Source: Vitrella brassicaformis CCMP3155
Lineage: Eukaryota; Protista; Chromerida
Direction of reading: 5' to 3'
Length of the DNA stretch: 24,059 nucleotides
Assembly (NCBI GenBank): GCA_001179505.1
Contig: CDMY01000753.1
Coordinates: forward strand, 1 to 24,059
Position numbers and translations under genes: made by a program. Shown one piece after another: positions 9,000 to 17,100 of this stretch (position 1 is the stretch's first letter; every line of letters begins with the position of its first letter). The notes beneath the pieces are model-generated. The model was not told the origin of the DNA. It saw only the letters and a program-made list of their open reading frames with translations, and ran no database searches.

Positions 9000-10800
9000 T
9001 GTGGTGAGGTGCTCCCTCCCCACTGACTCATTGATTCTTCTTTCGAAGTACTTTTCGTTGCCCGCCACAGGTGCTCTAAGCCCTGTGCAAGGCGCCCTCC
9101 CAAGCAAATGCTTCGGAGACGGCTGAATTCTTTTCTTGTCTACATAACTGTAGCCTACATATCTGCAGCTCTGCCCTTCGTGCCCCGTCGCCCTCGAATT
9201 CGTTTCATGTATGCACTGCATGTTGTCTGCTGGGGGGCTGGCTGTCTGACTGGCTGACTGGGGAAATGGATGGAAATCGATGGGAAGGAAGGACTCGTTT
9301 TTCCGATGTACAGGCAGTGCCGCCCATCTGTGGGTTTACTTTGTCGATTGGTACTGGTTTGCGCCCGCGAGCGCTCGTCGAGTGACGAAATGACTGTCTG
9401 AAGAAGCGTCTGAGACACGCCTTGTTTGCTTTGATTGGAGTCTGTACGAGAGAGGAGAGGTGCTCTGCTTATTTCTGTGAGGGCCTATGTATTTACTTCA
9501 TGAAAGAAAGGCCGAGCAAGGGGAGACAGGAGTGCACAGGCTAGGAAAGAAGGCTGGCCGTGGCTGAGTTGTGTCGAGAGATGTGTAAATGCATGCGGGT
9601 CTGCATGCATACTCGCTGGTTTTACAAGGTGTACGCTAGTTCTACAGGGTGCGTACATAACGCCGTACGCACTGTAGGGCAAGGACATTTTTCGAATGCT
9701 CCAACTCTCCTTCATCACCCCCATTCCACTTCCAGTCCACCCGTGTGACTTCTGTCTTTGGTGCTTCTTCGTGCGGACAAAGCGACTTCGTTTGGTTTGA
9801 GTGAAAGAGACGTGTCGTTGTTGTCTGTCTTGCATCTGCGGAGGTGTTCCTCGAGCAGTCTTATTCCCTCGTGGCCTTTCTCGGCGTCTCGGAGCGGTCT
9901 TGGGCATCAGGAGCGGCTGCAAGGAGCTCAGGTATGACATTGACTGGCTGCGCTTGTGTGTGTGTGTTGGTCTGTGTCAGTGCTGAATGCGCCTGAGGTA
10001 ATCGGATGCCATCGGAGCGGGAGGCGGACCTCACGGATCCGGGACGTGCTCGCCTGAGTCGCGGTTGAATACGGGTTACTCAGGGTAAATGGCATGTACT
10101 GCCTGATGGGACGCCGCCTGTGGCTTCGTAAGAGCGAGTTGTACGCCCGTGAGGAGCCGAGACGCCTCGCTGACGGCGATCTGCTGAACGGGCTGCAAGA
10201 GAACACTCCGTTGAGGATGTTCTTGTGAGCTTCCGTATGCGATGAAGCAGAGTGGCAACAAAGGAGACATGGTGCGGCCATGCTCGCTTTGTGTGTCTTG
10301 GACGGCCGAACGAAAGCAATGAGAGAGTGACTCATTGACTTGTCGTTCTGTGCCTGGTCGACGGTGTGTTGACGAGATGGAGAGAAGACAGTGATTTTCC
10401 CTCTCGACGGACGGAATGTCTCTGTATGTTACGTATGGCTTCATGGCATCCCACCAGCCCTTCGTGTCTCTCTTGTTAGCTGAGACTCAGACCTCCCTTG
10501 TGAAGGTGTGGTGAATGGTTGCGTATAGGATGCGATGCGATTGGTCATCCTCATATTCGTTATTGAGCTGCGCTGGATGGAGACATGCGTCGAATGCAAT
10601 GTCCCTCATCGTGTGTCGGCTGGATTGGTTTGTATTTGATGATCGATCAATCCCTCTCGCCCACACGACCCTTTACATACGCTCGTGAACCATTCGTGCG
10701 ACGATGGGTCCTCGTTTGTTAATTACCGGCATGCATTCACTACACACGGTGGATGTCTTGTGTGTACGTCGCTCACACATCACTATCCCACCTCATGACA
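9000..10800 (+). repeat. 5' LTR (1801 bp)
   Basis: Starts TGTGGTGAGG and ends CCTCATGACA (8/10 imperfect terminal inverted repeat). Directly repeated at 19798-21933. Confidence 0.97.
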
Positions 10801-10807
10801 CTTATCG

Positions 10808-10824
10808 TGGCTCCCCTCCCGGGA
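10808..10824 (+). promoter_or_regulatory. Primer-binding site, probably tRNA-Asp
   Basis: TGGCTCCCCTCCCGGGA has reverse complement T-CCCGG-GAGGGGA-G-CCA. This fits T-stem + 7-nt acceptor strand + G discriminator + CCA, and resembles eukaryotic tRNA-Asp 3' ends (GGGGAGCCA). Confidence 0.7.
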
Positions 10825-11036
10825 GGGCATGAAGTGTTGTGTGATGCTGTATGAAGCCTTTGTGGTTTGAAAATGAAGAGGAAATCGGTTCTCCCTTTCC
10901 TGCTGTGCTGATTGGCAGATTGGGCGGACTCTTTGTTCAGTTGATTGTCTCGTCAATCAAAAATCATTTGTTGATTCACTGAATCACACCCGAGTGCGCA
11001 CCTATTTGAGACATCAAATAGCGTGTCCCTTGGTGT

Positions 11037-12864
11037 ATGCTACAAGCCCCAGGGGCTGGTGTGTTTGTCAATCCCAACGGACAACACGTTCAGTGGTGTG
11101 TCGGGGCAAATCGTTGGCGTGACATTCAGACAGGGCACATAGCAGTTGCTCCTGCGAATCACGCTGTTCCGATTCAACAAGCACCGCAGGCACCTGCTGC
11201 ACCAGCAGCTCCTCCTGCGCCTGCTCCTGTAGCACCGGCAGCCCAGCCAGTTCAACTTGATCCACTTCTTGCTGTCGCTGGCCCTGACGCTCATCTCGTC
11301 TTTGTAGACGGAGTTGACGCCATGGCTTTCTCTGAGCGCAACAACAAGATCAACTTCATTTGCAACAGCATTGGCACTTACAATGGCACTGTCGAGGGCC
11401 AGCCGGCCGAGCAGTTTGTCGATCGATTCACGCGAACGATCGGTGATGTCGGCCAGTTTTTCGGCCAAAGACAAACTTCTCACGTTGGGCCAGTGCCTGA
11501 GTGGCGAAGCGAAGGGCATCCTCGAGGGATACCACAAGAGGCATCCCATCTCTGATGCCGCGGCGAATGATCCCAACGATGCCTACTGGCAGACAGCGTT
11601 GGACGAAGTCATTGCCGACGTCAAGGCGACGTACGGCATCACTCCGGGCTTTGCCCGCCAAGCCGTCAAGATTCTGAGCAACCCGGCGTCGATCAATCAG
11701 ATCAAACCGGACGGTTCGTTGCGTCAGAGATTCACTGAGTTGGAGAAGATCATCAATGTGGCCGAGACGCAGGTCAAGCTCACCGATGAGCAGAAGGCCG
11801 ATGCGGCCATCTCGTTGCTGCCTCCCATATTGCAACCCAATCTGAAGGTTCAGATGGAGAACAACTGGGAGCAGCGCAAAGCGGTCTATCTCACCGGCGC
11901 AGCTGGTCGAGCCGAGACCGATGAGGAGTGCCCCAAACGCAAAGACTGCTACAACTTCCAACAGGCAAAGAGACACGCACTCATGTATGAGAATGCGTAT
12001 CCTGAGCCGGTTGCGCAGACCAACTTGAGTTACAAACACGAGGCCACTCGCTCACCTGATGTGGCGAAACTCATGGGTGCGTTTGGTGAGCTGCTCAAAC
12101 CATCGACGGACAGCATGGACAGTTTGTCGGCTGTGGGTGCCTTCGCCGCCCCCAAGCCGGCTGTCCCATTCGCTAGTCTCGCTGAGGCCGTCCAGTCCAC
12201 GATGAGTCCGTTCGCTGTGTCTTCTGGCTCCAAAGCCACGAAGGAAGAGAAACCAGCGAGCAACTTGGGCATGTCTCAGGGAGACTTAGCCAAACTCATC
12301 AAGGACTCGGTCGGCGAGAAGGTTGAGGAGGCGTTGGCGAAACAGAAGAAGGATGCTTCTTCGTCTCGCCCGTCCACCTTCTCCCGATATCGTTTCGGCG
12401 GCACCAATCGAGTGAGTGCGCTCGAGGAGGATGCTGCGTCCTCTGACGGCGACGACGAGGGAGACATCGTCTTCAAGTCGATGTTCTCGGCACTCATCGA
12501 GCAGAAGAGTATGCCCCCTGCCCAGGCTGCGAAGCTGGCACGGGCTGCTCAGGAAGCTGCCATCAAGTCGAGAGTTCCTTCCCACATGCGCACTGACGCA
12601 AGCACGAGTTCCGCGCCGTCCAGTTCGAGCACCTCGAACTCGGGAGGCGGCGGCAGAATTCAGTGCTATGAGTGCAAGGGCTTCGGGCACATCGCTGCTC
12701 AGTGTCCCAATAGGAAGAATGCTCAGTCATTCGCACAGCCATCGTGTCCTGCATGCGGCAAGCAGCACGCATTCGTCGATTGCGATTCTGAGGCTGCTCG
12801 CATACTCAGACGCGCGCATTCGGACACGGCGGCTGCCACCGACACTGCACGGTCGGGAAAGTGA
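11037..12864 (+). CDS. gag: Gag (~608 aa reconstructed), with one +1 frameshift at the T5 run 11457-11461
   Basis: Pro/Ala-rich N-terminus; capsid-like TYNG...EQFVDRF joins SAKDKLLTLGQCLSGEAK if one T is removed. Zinc knuckle CYECKGFGHIAAQC (CX2CX4HX4C) plus a second CPACGKQHAFVDC. Confidence 0.88.
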
Positions 12865-12905
12865 TCGGGCCGGACGAGCGGCAGGGCACCGCTACGTCTA
12901 TGGCC
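12855..12905 (+). promoter_or_regulatory. Predicted -1 programmed ribosomal frameshift signal (gag to pol)
   Basis: G GGA AAG heptamer (12855-12861) directly before the gag TGA; the -1 frame is open (12861-13166). A stem-loop GGCC-G-GACGAGCGG-cagggca-CCGCT-A-CGTC-TAT-GGCC starts 6 nt downstream. Confidence 0.65.
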
Positions 12906-14188
12906 GAGATCGTTTCTGCCATGCATGAGGTCGATGACGTCGATGTCTCGAATGTACAGCTGACGAGACATGACAATGTACAGTCGAATGGTGATGTACA
13001 GTCAAGTAGTGACAGACCTACATACCAGCAAGTCTTGAGGTCCAAGAAGTTTCGACTTGGAGGGATTTCGGTGGATTCTCTGCCGAAATCGAGACGGATC
13101 ATCACGCCGACAGGCAAAGTCCTGCAAGTGATGAAGCAGTACCCGATGATGCGTTTTTCGAATTGATATTCGAATGACGGTCGTCTTATTACCGTATCCA
13201 CAATCATTCCATCGCTGTCAACAAGAGAGAGTGGCGTTGGAATCCGCACGGTTGGTATCGATGCCCGGAGCTCGAATACAAGTATTGCGATCGGAGGATG
13301 GAGCCTCCTCGCTCGACACGCGAGCAGAGGGGCTACGCCTCTGACGCGGATGGTGGAAGATGGGACTCGTCTGATTCAGGCAGTTCATCGGCTGGCGATG
13401 ATTGTCAATCAGAGAGGGAGCTGCCCAATATCGTGCCGCGACGTTTGACGAGGAGGAAGCGTCAGCGCCTCCGGGACAAACGCGCAAAGCACGCGCGCAG
13501 GCATCTCTATTATCCTGACCAATCGTACGAGCAGATCTTTGCGAATTTTGCCGTGTTGCCCACCATACACGCGCATCTTCGGAGCACATCGCTCGAAAGA
13601 CATGCGTATGAGTTCAAGCAGGTCCACGCGCCTCTTTGGATGTATACGTATGTCCCTCCCCAGTCGACCCCTGCTATCCGGCCAACCCCGAAGCAGCGGG
13701 CTATTCCTCGTGAGATAGAGAAGGCTCGTACGCCTCCATCTTCTCGTGAGACTACAAAGAGGAGGAAGAGACAGCGGGAAGCAAAGAAGGCGAGTCAGTC
13801 ATCCAAGTTCACGGCTGTAGATGAGTCTCACCAGCCGCCCTCCTCTTCTGGCTCGAAGCAAGATGTCTCGATGACCTCACCGGTGATCGATGTGTCTTCC
13901 TTCGTTCCTGACGTCAAGAAGTCTATTCGGTATTGGTTGTTGTCGCTCTTGGCTCTCTTCTGGTTGGTACTCGTCGCGAGCGCCGCCAAAGGGTCAATGC
14001 CTGAGAGAAAGACAATCATCAAGAGCCCACTCCGATGGACAAAGACCCTTGCTGAGCTCAAGAGCTGGTTCACAGGGGCCATCGTTCAAAGGAGAAACAT
14101 CTCATGCTGTACGATAGCCTCAATGAGGGGCGCATCTTGGATGAGATGCTTCGTTCAGGCTATCGTGAGTGGGAGACCGTTTCACTGA
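12861..14188 (+). pseudogene. Pol N-terminal extension (disrupted ORFs 12861-13166 and 13178-14188)
   Basis: Consecutive sense frames between gag and pol contain basic runs (RRLTRRKRQRLRDKRAKH; KRRKRQREAKK) and a hydrophobic segment (IRYWLLSLLALFWLVLVASAA). The frame breaks near 13164-13177 and 14056-14100. Confidence 0.55.
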
Positions 14189-17100
14189 AAGCGTTCTGTC
14201 AGCATGTGTTGACATTTCTGTCTTGGCTGCTCTTGGCCGCCGTTGCATTCATGCACGGCGTGTCTGGCAGCAACACAATCGTTTCTTCCATATTTTCTCT
14301 CTTCACTGGCTTAGCTTCGCTGCTTGCCCAGCGACCTAAGCAATTCATACGTACAGACAAATTGGAAGGCTGTCGACTGCATGCATATCGTGCTGCATGC
14401 GGCCTGACTTCGTTCTTCTCGTTTGTCCCACTTACTTGGGTGGCCCTCATTGTAGCTTTCTGTAGCGCTTTGATGTCTTGTCACGCATTGGCGGGGCTGG
14501 AAGGTGGCCGTTCAGCCGTACTTGCCTGCATGGATCAGCAAGGGAATAAGACGTTCCTGTCGAGTGTCGAAGGAACGGGCTTTCGTCTCACCACTTCTGT
14601 CTGGCTTGGTTCACGCAAGAGGGGCGATTCTGTCTCCGCCTTGGTGGATACAGGTGCAGATAATAGTTATATGTCATTTTCCCTGTATCGCACTCTGCGT
14701 CAATTTGGGATTGTTGACGATCTGCAGCCGACATGGAGAAGGCCTTACAGTGAAGGAGGTCTTCCCTTGAAGGCCAAAGGCAAAGTGCGATTAACGCTTG
14801 CTCACCCAGAGTCAATGGCTGGAGTGACACCGATTTATTTCGATGTGACAGTGGTAGAGAACATGACCACGGACTTGATCCTTGGTGGTGATTTTCTTCA
14901 CTATCACTGTCGAAATATAGACATACAGAATATGAAGCTGTATTTGTCTCGCTGGTCGCCGATGTGTCTCTTCCATGCTCGGGCTGTGTCTCCCGACATG
15001 CGAGGGTCAGCGGCCAGCCGTCTGACAAAGGACCTCTCGAGGAGAGGCCTGGACAGACACTCACCTGCGACTTCGATTGTCTCTTCGATTGAGGGACAGA
15101 AATCGAAGAAAGCTCAAAGAAAACCCAAGGTTCGTCTGCAAGGCGGAATGCCGGTGGCTCGCGCGTCAGCCAGTCACTCCATTCCTGCCTGGACGATGGC
15201 GGTTGTTGAAGCTGAGCTGCCCGACTCAGATTTGTCTGAGGGGACAGAAGGCCTCATCGAACCGCTGAGGTGCTGTCCTTTTCAACAACGGCTTTGTGTT
15301 GCAAATGCACTGGTGACAGTGCGAACCGCTCACCTGACCGTCAAGAACACAGACAGAAAGAGAAAAGCTACGGTGGTGTACGTGCCAGTAGCTAATTTCT
15401 CTCCCAGACCTGTCAAAATTCAGATCGGTACTGAGATTGGCAAATTCGTGCCAATGCAGCTGATCAAACACGAGAACGTGATGCCTGTCATGGATAAGGC
15501 CACGTATCGTGTACGAGACAAATCTTTGCTGGAAGGCTTGGATTTGCCGTCATTTGCCACTGTCGAAGAGGATTCCTCACTTGGCAAAGACGAGAAGGGC
15601 CGAGACATTGCTGAGGTCTTGTATACAAACTGTCCGTTCGTCAAGCCTGAGACAGATGAGATAGCTGCTGTCGCTACTCACCTCTCGAAGGCCGATGCGG
15701 TGGAAACTCATGTGATCGATCCCGATTGCTGTGTTTCCGCTGTGGCTTCGTTTCCATCCAAAGGAGACGTGGATGAGGATGAGTTGCCCGACGCCCAGCG
15801 CGTCGTCTCGCCCGATCATCCACTTGCTCCCGATCCATCTGACGATGATCCCATCATCGAAGATGAAACGGAAGAGCAGAATGAGCCAGTGCAAGGCTCC
15901 CACGACGACCCAGTAATTCAGGAAAATCCTGATTTGAGTCGATCGAGGGACGGCACTTGGTTGCATTCATCGCCTGACCCGAAAGAGACAGATGAGCCAC
16001 CAGTGCAAGAATTTGCGCGAAGGGAAGACTCACCGAATTTCTCTCGAGTCGGCGCCAGGCAATACGTGAAAGAGGACTTGTCGCATGTCGACAAGATCAA
16101 CTTCCTTGTGTATCCTGAGGATAAACATGGGCAAACTCAAACACAGAAAGCTATCATTCATAGCTTGGCTTGTGAGTTTGAGGATTGCTTCTCGAGCGAA
16201 AAGATTCCGTATGGCAAAGGCAAGCTGGTCTACCATTATATTGAGGTGAAGGGCCAGCCTCCTTATGAGCCTGCACGAAATCGACGCTCACCAGCGAAAG
16301 CAGCAGAAGAGCAGAGGCAAGTGGATGACATGTTGAAGGAGGGAATGATCCGCCCTTCGTCATCACCTTACTGTGCCCCTGTTGTTCTTGTGCGGAAGAA
16401 GGATCCGAATCAATGGCGTCTCGTCGTTGATTACCGACCCTTGAATGCGCAAACTGTCTTGGATAACTTTGTGCTTCCTCGCATTGATGAGACCTTGGAT
16501 GCCCTCGCGGGACATTCATGGTTTGCGACGCTCGACTTGGCAAAAGGTTTCCATCAGATTCCGATGGCTGAGTGTGACAAACACAAGACAGCCTTTGCAG
16601 TTGCTGGTCGAGGACAGTTTGAGTATGAGTTCCTACCCATGGGCCTCTCAAACTCCGTCGCTACCTGTCAACGATTCATGGAGGTTTGCTTGGCTGGTCT
16701 GCAGTGGCAAACATGTCTCGTCTACCTCGATGATATCTGCGTCATGGCAAGAAGCCATGAAGAGCTCTGCACACGCTTGCGTGAAGTCTTTGAGCGTGTC
16801 CGAGCTGCGAATATTCGATTCAAGCCCTCAAAGTGTGTTCTCGGCACGAGGCGAATTGATTACCTTGGTCATTCTGTCACGGCCAAGGGCGTCAAGCCGC
16901 TCAAGGAGAAAATACAAGCTGTCGCTGACTTTCAGTTGCCCAGCAACAAGAAAGAGCTCCACAGCTTCGTCGGCTTGTGTCAATATTATCGCCGATTTGT
17001 GCAGGATTTTGCAGTGATTGCTGCTCCTTTGACGGACAAGCTCAGTGCAAAAGCACCTGACAAATTCGCGTGGACATCAGAGATGAGGGAGGCATTCTAT

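Noticed and set aside
9155-10444. ORFs inside the LTRs (87-151 aa, mostly minus strand)
   Set aside because: No motifs; indels between the two LTRs shift their frames.
10801-10815. Tf1-type self-priming site
   Set aside because: I found no complementary segment in the LTR by eye, and the tRNA-like geometry explains the site better.
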